A DNA stretch of 42,872 nt, taken from the NCBI GenBank assembly GCA_048940645.1, contig JBHLOI010000029.1, positions 1-42,872 on the forward strand. Reading direction: 5' to 3'. This document shows positions 28,212-38,368 of the stretch, piece after piece. Both the position numbers and the translations under genes were made by a program. The notes under the pieces were generated by a model that was not told the DNA's origin, did no database searches, and saw only the letters and a program-made list of their open reading frames with translations. Source of the stretch: Promethearchaeota archaeon. Lineage in GTDB: Archaea > Asgardarchaeota > Lokiarchaeia > Sigyniarchaeales > SOKP01. Within the stretch, counting starts at the first letter, position 1. Each line of letters opens with the position of its first letter.

Positions 28212-29384
28212 TTAATCCGTTATTTCATAATCTATTTTATCAAGAATTTCAATTATATCAATTATTTCAAAATTCATATTATATTTTTGATTGGCATCAG
28301 ATAAATTAGTTCTGCAGAATGGACAAACCGAGGTAACTTCACTTGCCCCAGTATTTTTTGCCTCCTCTAAACGTTCTCCTGAAATTTCAACGGCCCAATC
28401 TGGATATCCAATCTTAACTCCACCACCAGCTCCACAGCACCAAGCATTTTCCCTATTACGTTTCATTTCTACTAATTGAACTCCAGGAATTTGTTTAAGA
28501 ACCTCTCGTGGGATATCATAGACCCCCATATGTCTTCCTAAATGACAAGGATCATGATATGTTACCTTTTTGTTATATTCTGATTTAAATTTAATTTTAT
28601 TTTCATCTAAAAGTTTTTTTACTAATTCTATTGTATGGTATATCTCGATACCTAAATCTACCTCAAATTTAGACCAATCTTTCTTTAAAGTTCTATAACA
28701 GCCAGCACATGACGTAATAACTTTCGTTGCTCCTTTTTTTTTTATTTGAGTAAGATTATAATTCATAAAATCTTTTACTGGCTTGGTTTGTCCAGTCCTT
28801 ATAATTGGACTGCAACAACAATGCTCATCTATCAATGTAAAGTCTACTTTTGCTTTCTTAAGAAAATTCAAAGTAGCATCTCTTAGATTTTTCTGACGAT
28901 AATTAGAAGTGCATCCAATGAAGTAAATCCATTCTGCCTTATCTGGTAAATTATACTTATTCTTCAATTCTTCATTATCGGAATTAGTTTCTCCATAAGG
29001 ATTAAACATCTCTGCATTTTCAGTACGTTCCAAAAGAACTGTTTGTTTTTCTAGACAAAAACCATTTTTTACAGCTTCAGCACGAGCAGCTTCAATAAAA
29101 TCAACAAGAAAATCATTAAATTTATCAAATACACAATTTTCTGTGCAATTTCCGCACGTAGGACATGCATATAATACGTTTGCTACACCTGAGTTCCATT
29201 GAATCTCTCCACTTATTAAACCATAAATTAACCATAATCTTCCACCAGTACTATAAGTTTCAAATTTATACTTTTTATAACTAGGACAGTTAAAATCAGC
29301 ATAATCATGAGTGAATTTACAATAACCACATCGAAAACATCGATGAATAATATCTTTCCAATCTTGTTCAGAATTAATAGTTAT
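28212..29384 (-). CDS. Fe-S oxidoreductase (GlcF/HdrD-like): N-terminal 4Fe-4S dicluster plus two CCG domains
   Basis: The track ORF (from 29033) has GCT...HCCC...[22 protein letters not shown] and CPFC. The in-frame upstream 117 codons add CFRCGYC...CP and [11 protein letters not shown]. The only plausible start is ATA 29384 after GGAGGTGA. Confidence 0.88.
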   Translation of the reverse strand: MTINSEQDWKDIIHRCFRCGYCKFTHDYADFNCPSYKKYKFETYSTGGRLWLIYGLISGEIQWNSGVANVLYACPTCGNCTENCVFDKFNDFLVDFIEAARAEAVKNGFCLEKQTVLLERTENAEMFNPYGETNSDNEELKNKYNLPDKAEWIYFIGCTSNYRQKNLRDATLNFLKKAKVDFTLIDEHCCCSPIIRTGQTKPVKDFMNYNLTQIKKKGATKVITSCAGCYRTLKKDWSKFEVDLGIEIYHTIELVKKLLDENKIKFKSEYNKKVTYHDPCHLGRHMGVYDIPREVLKQIPGVQLVEMKRNRENAWCCGAGGGVKIGYPDWAVEISGERLEEAKNTGASEVTSVCPFCRTNLSDANQKYNMNFEIIDIIEILDKIDYEITD

Positions 29385-29386
29385 TT

Positions 29387-30769
29387 TTACTTCACCTCCC
29401 AGTTTCCTGGATTCATTATTCCATTTGGATCAATAGTGTTTCTAATATTGTCAAATAACTTTTTGTAGTTAGGGTCCATCTTTTCAAGAATTAATTGTTG
29501 TCCTGATAATTCTGCTTTCCATGGAATGCCCCCTAATTCCAAAGCTAATTTATTGGTTTCATGTAAAGCATTTCTGGCATTTTCCTTATCTTTAGGATCA
29601 CTCCGATTAAATGAATATGAAAAGAACATAACAATATTATGAGTTCCTCTAATCAACCGTGATCCTAGTGTTGGTACGATTCCATATTTTTTTGAGATTT
29701 CAGCACCTCTTCTATAAGCTTCGGGAATATTTTCAAGAGGCATATTAGCTCCAACATATTCAAAACCGCCACCTTTTCGATAATCTGCAGCAGTTGCTGC
29801 GGTAATAATAGGTTTTTTTAAATAATTTTGTCTCAATCTTTCTGGTGGTTTCATATACCTTGCTTTTGCTTTACGAAATATTCGTTTAAATGTTTTTGTA
29901 TGAGAATCTATTTCTTCTTGTGTTTCACCAGTAACATACGTTATAAGTATAATATATCCCTTCACCCAGTCGGGTTTATCTTGCATTCCAAGTATAACAT
30001 CCTCAGCTAAACCAGTTTCAGTTAGCTTTAGGAGAGCATTAGGAATATCTTTCGGATCATTTAATAATCCAAATACCACTTCTCGAAACTTAGGTTTATC
30101 AAATAATTGAATTGAAAGCTTAGTGACAATTCCCATAGTACCAAATGAACTAATAAATAATCCAATAAGATCTGGGATGGGACCTCTAGCAAACCAATAT
30201 TTAGACACTGCACAAGAGCCCATTTTACATACATCCCCCTTTGGAAGAACTACTTCTAACCCATTTATCATAGAACCATGATCACCATATTTTTGAGATA
30301 AATAACCTGAACCATAAATCAAAACATTACCAGCAACAGTTGCGGAAGGAGGAGCATCCGGTATTGGAGGCTGCAAATTTGGATAATTTTCATTTAAAAA
30401 TGAAAGAAGTTGTCCTGTAGTGACTCCTGCTTCTATAAGAGCATATTTACTAAGTACATTTATTTCAATAATTTTATTCATTCGTTTCATATCCATAACA
30501 ATGCCACCTTTTACAGGAATTATTAATCCGCTTAATGTTAACCCCCCACCCATAGGAACAATTGGAATTTTCTCTTGATTAGCTAATTTTACAATCTTTT
30601 GTATTTCTTCTACATTTTCTGGCATTACTACAAAATCAACTTGACGAGGTAATGAAGCTCCTGGATCTTGAGAGTAAATGTATAAATCTTCTTCTCTACT
30701 TGATACAAAATCCTTTCCAACAATATTCTCTAATTCTTTAAGTACCTTATTTTCATACAATGAAATCAA
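29387..30769 (-). CDS. FAD-binding oxidoreductase (GlcD/D-lactate dehydrogenase-like)
   Basis: [37 protein letters not shown] and C-terminal DPNGIMNPG. The real start may be TTG 30760. Confidence 0.9.
   Translation of the reverse strand: MISLYENKVLKELENIVGKDFVSSREEDLYIYSQDPGASLPRQVDFVVMPENVEEIQKIVKLANQEKIPIVPMGGGLTLSGLIIPVKGGIVMDMKRMNKIIEINVLSKYALIEAGVTTGQLLSFLNENYPNLQPPIPDAPPSATVAGNVLIYGSGYLSQKYGDHGSMINGLEVVLPKGDVCKMGSCAVSKYWFARGPIPDLIGLFISSFGTMGIVTKLSIQLFDKPKFREVVFGLLNDPKDIPNALLKLTETGLAEDVILGMQDKPDWVKGYIILITYVTGETQEEIDSHTKTFKRIFRKAKARYMKPPERLRQNYLKKPIITAATAADYRKGGGFEYVGANMPLENIPEAYRRGAEISKKYGIVPTLGSRLIRGTHNIVMFFSYSFNRSDPKDKENARNALHETNKLALELGGIPWKAELSGQQLILEKMDPNYKKLFDNIRNTIDPNGIMNPGNWEVK
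29392..29399 (-). promoter_or_regulatory. Strong Shine-Dalgarno GGAGGTGA in the last codons of the upstream gene, 7 nt before ATA 29384
   Basis: The minus strand reads tgGGAGGTGAagtaaaaATAact. Confidence 0.75.
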
Positions 30770-30910
30770 CCCTATTCATATTATGAATAATCAACTAATT
30801 TAAATATTTAATAATAATTCAGAATTAAACATTCATAATTATAAAGATATCATATTAACTTGATTTTATAACAAATTAATACAAGTTGATTGAAAAAATA
30901 ATTAATCATT

Positions 30911-31462
30911 ATGAGTATTAAAGCTAAAAAATTGAGTTTGATACGGCTATTTGGAGCAGCTCTAATTTTAATAAGCTTATTTTCTTCATTATTTTTAGAT
31001 TTTTTCGTTTTAAATAATTGGCTCCTCTTTTTGTTCATTATTTTTTTTAATCTACCCTGGATGATTCTTAGCTTTGGTCTCAAATTTGAAATAAATTATT
31101 TAAGGAATAATTTATTAAGAATCTCAATCCTTCTAACTATTTTATCAATAATAATAGCTATAATCGGTATAATAATTAATTTAGAAACTTCTCCATTATT
31201 TCTAGTTGTATTACTTTCAAATTTCCTATTGTTAATTTGTTGGCATTATTCCCCCTCAATTTATAAGAAAGAGAAAGTGTGGGCCATTATCGGAGGAATA
31301 AGCTATGCAATTTTAACTATTTTTTTTATACTCAATATTTTAATATATTTGTTCGGTATTTTAACTGGTTTAATTCCAATACTCCTCTTATCTTTGGGTT
31401 TTTTCTTAATCCTTTTAATGGAATTAATTATGAAGCAAAAAGGTTTATTAAATTACGTTTGA
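30911..31462 (+). CDS. Hypothetical multi-pass membrane protein
   Basis: About 6 hydrophobic segments in 183 aa. Confidence 0.65.
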   Translation: MSIKAKKLSLIRLFGAALILISLFSSLFLDFFVLNNWLLFLFIIFFNLPWMILSFGLKFEINYLRNNLLRISILLTILSIIIAIIGIIINLETSPLFLVVLLSNFLLLICWHYSPSIYKKEKVWAIIGGISYAILTIFFILNILIYLFGILTGLIPILLLSLGFFLILLMELIMKQKGLLNYV

Positions 31463-31519
31463 ATAGATTTTTAAATTTCCTTTTATTAACTTCTTTTTGA
31501 GTGTGGGGTGGTTACTAAT

Positions 31520-32308
31520 ATGTCTAAAAAATATTGTTTAAATTCAGAAGAAATTGTTAAAACAGCTATAAAAGTTTCAAATAAAAAAAGAAGTGATTTT
31601 AAGATTAACGATTACGCAATTCTATTATTTTCTAAGTCTCTATTAGATTATTTAATAAAGGAAGCGAATATGGAATCACATAAATGGTTAGCCCCATATC
31701 ATCCATATGCATCTAATCAAATTTATAATGGAAATTTTGATGGCATATCTATTTCTGCTATAATGCCTCCAATGGGGGCTTCTCCTATTGCTTCAGTAGC
31801 AGAAGACTTAATAACATGCGGAGCTAAAGTTCTTTTATTAGTGTGTGGTGCTTGGGGAATTGCGAAAAATGTTAAATTATTGGATTTTTTAATCCCAACT
31901 CATGCGATAGGACCAGATGGGACATCAATTTATTATGGGCGCAAACCTGACGATATTACATCAATCGATAAAGAAATCGTAAATATATTCTCTGATGAAG
32001 TAAAGAAAAGAACAATGGTTCACCACATTGGAAAAAATTATTCAATAGAAGCTTTTTACAAAATTAATATTGAACAAGTTAAAAATTTGCAAAATAATGG
32101 ATTTGTCTCAACGGAAAATGGGGAATTAAACACGTTAGCCGCTATTTCTAATGTGAAAAAAATAAGATTTGGAGCCATCTTTTATAGCTATTATAACCCG
32201 CTTGAAGGTTGGATTGTACCTTGGTTCCAAGAAGATTATAAAAAGTGTGTGGAACTTGAAGGTGAAATTACTCTTGCTACAATTAAAAGAATAGCAAATG
32301 GAAATTAA
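31520..32308 (+). CDS. Nucleoside phosphorylase family protein (PNP/UDP)
   Basis: MGASPIASVAEDL..CGAK, DGTSIYY, EAFY and divergent ENGE (usually EME). ATG 31520 after GGTGG (track start 31508). Confidence 0.75.
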   Translation: MSKKYCLNSEEIVKTAIKVSNKKRSDFKINDYAILLFSKSLLDYLIKEANMESHKWLAPYHPYASNQIYNGNFDGISISAIMPPMGASPIASVAEDLITCGAKVLLLVCGAWGIAKNVKLLDFLIPTHAIGPDGTSIYYGRKPDDITSIDKEIVNIFSDEVKKRTMVHHIGKNYSIEAFYKINIEQVKNLQNNGFVSTENGELNTLAAISNVKKIRFGAIFYSYYNPLEGWIVPWFQEDYKKCVELEGEITLATIKRIANGN

Positions 32309-32380
32309 AAAAAAAAATTAATAAATAACATCAAATATTAACAAATAAGTAAAAATCTTAAAAGAAATTGTGCTTGTAAA

Positions 32381-33031
32381 TTGAATATAAGTCAATTAAA
32401 TCATCCCAAACACATATCAGAAGATCAAATTGAAGCAGCGAGTAAGGTACTTGGTCGAGCTTTTCAAGATGATCCTTTATTTGTGTATTGTTTTCCAGAT
32501 CCTGTTGAAAGACAAACTAAAATTGCTATTCACGGTGAGTTCCTGATTTTAGTTGGAATTTTAACTGGTGAAGTGTATATTACATCAAGTAATATTGAAG
32601 GTGTTGCTATTTGGCATCCTCATGGAATAAAAGATCAGATGAGAAGTACACAATCTAAGGAAATTAGGAGAAGATTACGAAAAATTAAGAGGTTGGAATT
32701 TTCAGATTCTTTACTTATAGAGAGAATGGGTATTTTTGAAGAAATTGCTAATTCATATCAATTTGAACATGTGAATTTTCCTCATTGGTATTTAGCCTTT
32801 ATTGGTATAGATCCTATACATCAAAGTAAGGGCTATGCTAGTAAGTTAATAAGAATGAAACTTGCTGAAATTGATGAACAAAACTTACCATGCTACTTAC
32901 ACACTGAAAATGAAAAAAATGTTAAATTTTATGAGTATTTCGGATTTAAACTCATTGGTAAAAATAAGGTCCCTAATTCTGATTTTTATCATCATCCAAT
33001 GCTTCGAAATAATAAAAAGAAAGGTAAATGA
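32381..33031 (+). CDS. GNAT family N-acetyltransferase
   Basis: AFQDDP, WYLAFIGIDPIHQSKGYAS and CYLHT..EKNVKFYEYFGF. Confidence 0.9.
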   Translation: MNISQLNHPKHISEDQIEAASKVLGRAFQDDPLFVYCFPDPVERQTKIAIHGEFLILVGILTGEVYITSSNIEGVAIWHPHGIKDQMRSTQSKEIRRRLRKIKRLEFSDSLLIERMGIFEEIANSYQFEHVNFPHWYLAFIGIDPIHQSKGYASKLIRMKLAEIDEQNLPCYLHTENEKNVKFYEYFGFKLIGKNKVPNSDFYHHPMLRNNKKKGK

Positions 33032-34759
33032 TTAAAACTTATATGTATCTAATCTACCCCAAAAGGCTTTTAAATCGTTTTTAGCAAAAGTATATTTTAA
33101 TCCTGTAGGGTCAGAAGGGACTTCTCTAAAAAAATTTGGAATATCATTCATCTCAGTTGTAATCCCTGCTTTTTCATTAAATTCAAGTTCAGTTCTTATG
33201 ATTTCAGTACCAATCTTAATTATATCTTCTCTAGTTAAATTCAAATTATACATAGCATTAATAGCATTTGCTATAATTTCCATATTTTCATAACTCGGTC
33301 CTATAAAGTAACAGCATCCCATTGAATCTAATACTGCAGTATAAATCTGTAGTTCGAACGATAAGTCAAACTTTTTTTCATTTTTAGTTAATTCTCCATA
33401 GTCTTTATGCTGACTAGCAACTCTTCCAGCAATAGCAGCACCAGATGTATGATCTGCTCCCATAGGTGAAGTTGCATATGTAACTCCCATTGCTTTAAAT
33501 ACTCTACTGTCATAAGCAGAGATACCCTGACCTTTTACTTCAGGTATTCTTTTTGCTTTCAAAGTTTTTCCAATTATTTTAACTCCATTCCCGTATAATT
33601 GCCCTTCGGTAGTGTTATATCTAATTTCTTTATTTAAGATTTCAAAAACCCTTTCCGCATTTCCCCAATCAACCTTTCCGCAATCCATTGCAACACCAAC
33701 AGTTCCTCCAAATTCTATTGTATCAATTCCAACGTCGTCACATAAGTGATCAATTTTTGCTAAGCTATCGATATTATCAATTAAAAGATTGGTCCCATTT
33801 AATGCCATAGTTTCATATTCAAGACTGGAAGTAATATGATTTCCATTTTCATCAAGTACTAAGTTAGAACATTTAATTACACATGTAGGAATACAAGCTA
33901 ATCTTTTCTTACCCCCTCTTGCGGTTACAATCTCATGAAGTTTTTCGCCCGTAATATTTTCAATTTTATCAAATGAGCCCATATGGAAATTTTTTGTAGG
34001 TATCCCACCATACTCATTCATAGGTCTCATCATTAATGGAGTTCCAAATGTAGAAAAAGTTTGTTTAGTATTTGCTAAGTCTTGAGCAAATGGTTTTGAT
34101 ACTTCCCTAAACTTTTTGATATCATGGATTTTAACTTGTGATGATTTTGGGGGAATTATAACAATAGCTTTAATATTTTTTGAACCCATAACAGCTCCTA
34201 AACCTCCTCGAGCAGCATGTCTACTTGGATATCCTTCTAAATCATTTGCTGCTATACTTGCCGCTCCCATCATGAATTCACCAGCAGGACCGATTGAATA
34301 GATTCCTATATTATCCCCATATTTGTTTTTAAGTTTTTCATGAAGTTCATAATTTCCCAATCCCTTATATTCTTCAGCTGGGATTATTTGCATTTGTTGA
34401 TTAATTAAGATAATCTTCGGAACCGTTGATTGATTTTCCAAAACTATTGCTCTGATTCCATATCTAGCTAACATCATTGCAGGACGCCCACCTACATTTG
34501 CTTCCTTTATACCATTTGTTAAAGGACTTTTAGCACCTATAGAAGTACGAGCAGAATTTGGAAATGGACTTCCAGCCAGAACCCCATTTGCTATTATAAG
34601 TTTATTTTGTGCTCCTAAAGGGTCACAATTGGGAGGAACTTCCTCATGAACTATTTGAGAAGTTAATCCTCGTGCTCCTAATAAAAAATATTTGGACTCT
34701 CTAGATATTTCTTCATAATGTATTTTATCGGATTCAAGATTAATCCTAATGATTTTCAT
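33032..34759 (-). CDS. aor: Tungsten aldehyde:ferredoxin oxidoreductase family protein
   Basis: KSPLTNGIKEANVGG, IGPAGE, RGGLGAVMGSKNIKA, CxxxCxxxC, EYET, CDDVGIDTI and MGADHT. ATG 34759 (MKIIRINL) preferred over 34801. Confidence 0.92.
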   Translation of the reverse strand: MKIIRINLESDKIHYEEISRESKYFLLGARGLTSQIVHEEVPPNCDPLGAQNKLIIANGVLAGSPFPNSARTSIGAKSPLTNGIKEANVGGRPAMMLARYGIRAIVLENQSTVPKIILINQQMQIIPAEEYKGLGNYELHEKLKNKYGDNIGIYSIGPAGEFMMGAASIAANDLEGYPSRHAARGGLGAVMGSKNIKAIVIIPPKSSQVKIHDIKKFREVSKPFAQDLANTKQTFSTFGTPLMMRPMNEYGGIPTKNFHMGSFDKIENITGEKLHEIVTARGGKKRLACIPTCVIKCSNLVLDENGNHITSSLEYETMALNGTNLLIDNIDSLAKIDHLCDDVGIDTIEFGGTVGVAMDCGKVDWGNAERVFEILNKEIRYNTTEGQLYGNGVKIIGKTLKAKRIPEVKGQGISAYDSRVFKAMGVTYATSPMGADHTSGAAIAGRVASQHKDYGELTKNEKKFDLSFELQIYTAVLDSMGCCYFIGPSYENMEIIANAINAMYNLNLTREDIIKIGTEIIRTELEFNEKAGITTEMNDIPNFFREVPSDPTGLKYTFAKNDLKAFWGRLDTYKF

Positions 34760-34819
34760 AAATAGGATAGAATTTTTAATTATTTTATTTTTTCTTTTCA
34801 AGATTATGTTAAAAAAAAT

Positions 34820-35338
34820 TTAATATTTATCATAATGGACTATTTTTTCCAAAGATAATCTATCCGAAACTTCCCCTTTTTCCTTGATTGTGTAACCTAA
34901 TGGAGTTATACCTAAAACTCGATACTTTTTTGGAATTTCTAATATTTCTTTAATTTTTTTTTCATCAAAGATACCAATCCAACACGTTGCCAGACCTTCT
35001 GCAGCTGCTGCTAAGATTAGATGTTCAAAACAAATTCCAAAATCTAAGGTATAATATTTAATACCAGCTTTATTAATCCCTGAAGCTGTTTCTTTTATAA
35101 TACCCACGATAAAAATAGGAGCATTAGAAAATTTATCTTTTTGGTCTATAGCATTCCATATCATCTTAACTTTCTCAGGATTTTGAACCACGATGTAATG
35201 CACTCCCTGCATATTTGCCCAAGTGGGAGCTAATCTGGCGGCATTTAAAATTCTTTCGACTTTAACTTTTTCAGGAATCACATCAGGTTTGTAAAACCGA
35301 TAACTTCTTCTTTTTTTTACAACATCATAAAAATCCAA
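34820..35338 (-). CDS. Nitroreductase family protein
   Basis: RRSYRFY, ARLAPT..NMQ and LAAAAEGLATCWIG. Confidence 0.92.
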   Translation of the reverse strand: MDFYDVVKKRRSYRFYKPDVIPEKVKVERILNAARLAPTWANMQGVHYIVVQNPEKVKMIWNAIDQKDKFSNAPIFIVGIIKETASGINKAGIKYYTLDFGICFEHLILAAAAEGLATCWIGIFDEKKIKEILEIPKKYRVLGITPLGYTIKEKGEVSDRLSLEKIVHYDKY

Positions 35339-35623
35339 TATAATATCCTCTTATCTTTGTAATTTGATTAATAAATCTATTCATTAATTAATTAAAATTT
35401 TTATAGCTTTTAATAGTCGCTTTTAATAGGTTATTGAAAAATTTCAATAAAATGGGAATCATATGGGAGAAAACTTTCAAAGATGTTCAACAATTAGGGC
35501 AAAGGTTTATAAATGCGACTAGGATAATATGTTAATATTAAAGGAATAATAATGTCTAATTCTTTAATAAAAATTTTCTTAAAATGAATATCATTCTTAA
35601 CATTTTATTCACAGTGAGTTATC

Positions 35624-36547
35624 ATGCACAATAGCTATCGAGACCTTCTGAAGAACAATAAATTAGATGATAATTTACAAATTTGTGAATGCTGTGAAAA
35701 CCCATGTATCGAAGAGAGAGATGGAAATAAAGTTTGTTTAAATTGTGGAATGATTTTAGAAAGAACTTACGTTGGAAATGAAAGAAGGGCTTATACTGCT
35801 GAAGAAGTTCAAACAAGGCGTAGAACTGAACCAAGATGGAGAGATTTTGGTCCTAGAACTATGTTACCTACCACAAAGACGGATTCTAAAGGAAAATCAA
35901 TTGGTCCTAAAGAACAAGCTCTTTTTTCGAGATTATCAAAAATTCAAAATTCATTAATTTCAAGCATTGAAAGGAATTTTTGGGAAGCTAAACCTAAATT
36001 AAAGATGCTTACATCTAAATTAAACATTCCAGAATACATCAGTGAAACAGCTTGGAAAGTATATAGTATTGTTGCAAAGAAAAAGTTAACTATGGGGCGT
36101 TCAATTAATGGTTTTATAGCAGGATCTTTATATGCTGCCATAAGAGTACATGATTTTCCTCGTTTATTAGATGAATTATGCGAAGCTTCATTAACTCCTA
36201 GAAGAACGGTTCATAGAAGTTTAGCTATGATAATCCGTGAAGTATTACCTGAATTAGGATTAAGATATCAGCCTATTACGGCAGAAAGTTTAGTGTATCG
36301 ATTTGGAAATGAATTAGATTTACCCATGAATATTCAAAAAAACGCAATAGAAATGCTAAGACAAGCATCTAGTAATGGATTGAAACGCACAGGTAAAGAT
36401 CCAAAAGGATTAGCGGCAGCATGTATCTATATTGCTGCTAAAGATGGTTCAATTCGAAAAACACAGAGCTTAGTAGCAGAAATAGCAAAAATAACTGAGG
36501 TAACACTCAGAAGTAGGGCTAAACAAATTAAAAGTAAATTATCTTGA
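35624..36547 (+). CDS. tfb: Transcription initiation factor IIB (TFB)
   Basis: Zn ribbon C..C...CLNCG, B-reader ERRAYT, two cyclin repeats (GRSI, GKDPKGLAAACIY) and the BRE-binding TQ...TEVTLRSR. Confidence 0.93.
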   Translation: MHNSYRDLLKNNKLDDNLQICECCENPCIEERDGNKVCLNCGMILERTYVGNERRAYTAEEVQTRRRTEPRWRDFGPRTMLPTTKTDSKGKSIGPKEQALFSRLSKIQNSLISSIERNFWEAKPKLKMLTSKLNIPEYISETAWKVYSIVAKKKLTMGRSINGFIAGSLYAAIRVHDFPRLLDELCEASLTPRRTVHRSLAMIIREVLPELGLRYQPITAESLVYRFGNELDLPMNIQKNAIEMLRQASSNGLKRTGKDPKGLAAACIYIAAKDGSIRKTQSLVAEIAKITEVTLRSRAKQIKSKLS

Positions 36548-36583
36548 ATATTTTAAGACTTTTTTTTAAATTTTTTAATAATT

Positions 36584-37144
36584 TTAATTACTGCTTTTTT
36601 CTTCCATTTTTAACATCGTTTTAAGTCCAATTCCTCCAAAAACAAGCCCAGACACTAAGATAATTATTGTTACTGCTAAAATATAAATCCACATTACAGC
36701 ACCTAAGAAGGGTGTAATAGAATCTGTGTAGAGAGCTGTTTGAAAAACGATTGAACTACTATTATATTGAATTACACTATTAGCTAAAAGATAAATAGAA
36801 AACATTTTAATAAAACCGGAGATTAGAAAAAACATTCCAATCAGAAGGAGGAATTTTGCTAATAACATATCTTCTTTCTTCTTTTTTATGGAAAAAACCA
36901 GTAAGGCAATATTTAAAGCTAAAAACCCACAAATAGCTATAAGTAATAATATCCATTCTAATATTACATCTAATGAAGTAAATCCTGAAGTAAATATCAT
37001 GGTAATTATATTTACAGTATAAGGGCCTAAATTTAGTTCAATTATCGTGCTAAATAAAATTATAACAATTAATTCAAATAAAATTACTATTATAAAACCT
37101 ATGTTAAAATAGGTTAAAAATTTTAAAATGGTGTCTTTTTCCAT
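36584..37144 (-). CDS. Hypothetical membrane protein (about 4 TM)
   Basis: Hydrophobic segments. ATG 37144 after GGGAG preferred over TTG 37168. Confidence 0.6.
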   Translation of the reverse strand: MEKDTILKFLTYFNIGFIIVILFELIVIILFSTIIELNLGPYTVNIITMIFTSGFTSLDVILEWILLLIAICGFLALNIALLVFSIKKKKEDMLLAKFLLLIGMFFLISGFIKMFSIYLLANSVIQYNSSSIVFQTALYTDSITPFLGAVMWIYILAVTIIILVSGLVFGGIGLKTMLKMEEKSSN

Positions 37145-37306
37145 ATTTAAACTCCCCGTTTTATTCAATGTATGATAATTATTTGTAAAGTTATTTATAA
37201 TATTTATTTTGATGACATTTTATAAAAATTTAAATAAAAATTTAACATATTATTCTTTTTGAAACATTGTCAAATTATTTTAAAAAATTATTAGATTGAG
37301 CTATTT

Positions 37307-38281
37307 TTGAAAAAAAAAAGAGAGCAATCCTTTGAAAGCTCTAAATGTGAACACCAGAACGTAGAACAAGATGGAGGATATCTTGTTTGTAAAGATTGTG
37401 GTCTAATTTTAGAAGAGCAAGTAGATTTTGAAATATCTCCTTCTAATAAAATTTATCCAGAATCACAATTAGATTATGAACGCAAAATAAGGTTTGGAGA
37501 TTCAAAAGCAACCCAAGATCCAAAAATTAAACAAAAATATGACCAAATTAAAACACTAAATAAATGGTTTAGAGATTATAAAACTAGTTTTTCTACACAA
37601 AAAAAAACAATTGAATTGCTTAAAAGTTATGGGATAGGATTACATATTAATAAAGTAAAATATCAGCGCATTAAAAACCGATATCTCAGATATAACAAAT
37701 ACCATAGGCATACATACCAAAATATGGTAATTATTTTTTTGGCAATTGTTTGGATGGAGATAAAAGACACGACAAATATTAGGATAGAGGAATATATTAA
37801 GGTTGCCAGAGAATTAGGTCATAAAGTTAATAAAAAAATGCTTAATAATGCGATGCTTAAAGTAAAAAGAACTGAGCAATTATTTGATAAGAGTGTTAAA
37901 GATAAAGCTACCTTAGAGCGTGAAATTAAGGAAAAAATAAAAATCTTATTCCAAAAAGACCTTAATAGTATTAGTTATGATAAGATAAAAGCCCATTTTT
38001 CGAATAAATCTGAATATGAAAAATTGAAAATCGATATGCAACTATTAGCAGCTGAATTACTAAACAAAATTTCTTATTCTCAAATACAAAACATCAATTA
38101 TAAAGCATTTACAGCAGGATTAATCTATTATATTGGTCAAACTTTAGATAATAAGAAAATTTTTACCCAAAATCTTATTGAGGAAATTAGCAAATTTTCA
38201 AGTACTACAATTAGAAAAAAATTTAATGTATTAAAAGATGTTTTAGGGGACCCTCAAACAGTGCATGTGGAATTCGTTTAA
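37307..38281 (+). CDS. Divergent TFB-like protein
   Basis: Zn ribbon CEH...LVCKDCGLIL; C-terminal 'AFTAGLIYY...TQNLIEEISKFSSTTIRKKF' resembles the second TFB cyclin repeat/HTH. Confidence 0.7.
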   Translation: MKKKREQSFESSKCEHQNVEQDGGYLVCKDCGLILEEQVDFEISPSNKIYPESQLDYERKIRFGDSKATQDPKIKQKYDQIKTLNKWFRDYKTSFSTQKKTIELLKSYGIGLHINKVKYQRIKNRYLRYNKYHRHTYQNMVIIFLAIVWMEIKDTTNIRIEEYIKVARELGHKVNKKMLNNAMLKVKRTEQLFDKSVKDKATLEREIKEKIKILFQKDLNSISYDKIKAHFSNKSEYEKLKIDMQLLAAELLNKISYSQIQNINYKAFTAGLIYYIGQTLDNKKIFTQNLIEEISKFSSTTIRKKFNVLKDVLGDPQTVHVEFV

Positions 38282-38368
38282 AAACTATAACTTATTTTGA
38301 AGGATAAATAATTAATAAGGGTGAATTCTATAATTATAATTATTCATAATTATCTTAATAAAAAAATA

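Noticed and set aside
33020-33045. Convergent genes abutting with 0-2 bp gaps (also 1132/1135 and 27268/27271)
   Set aside because: Common in compact archaeal genomes; no further structure seen.
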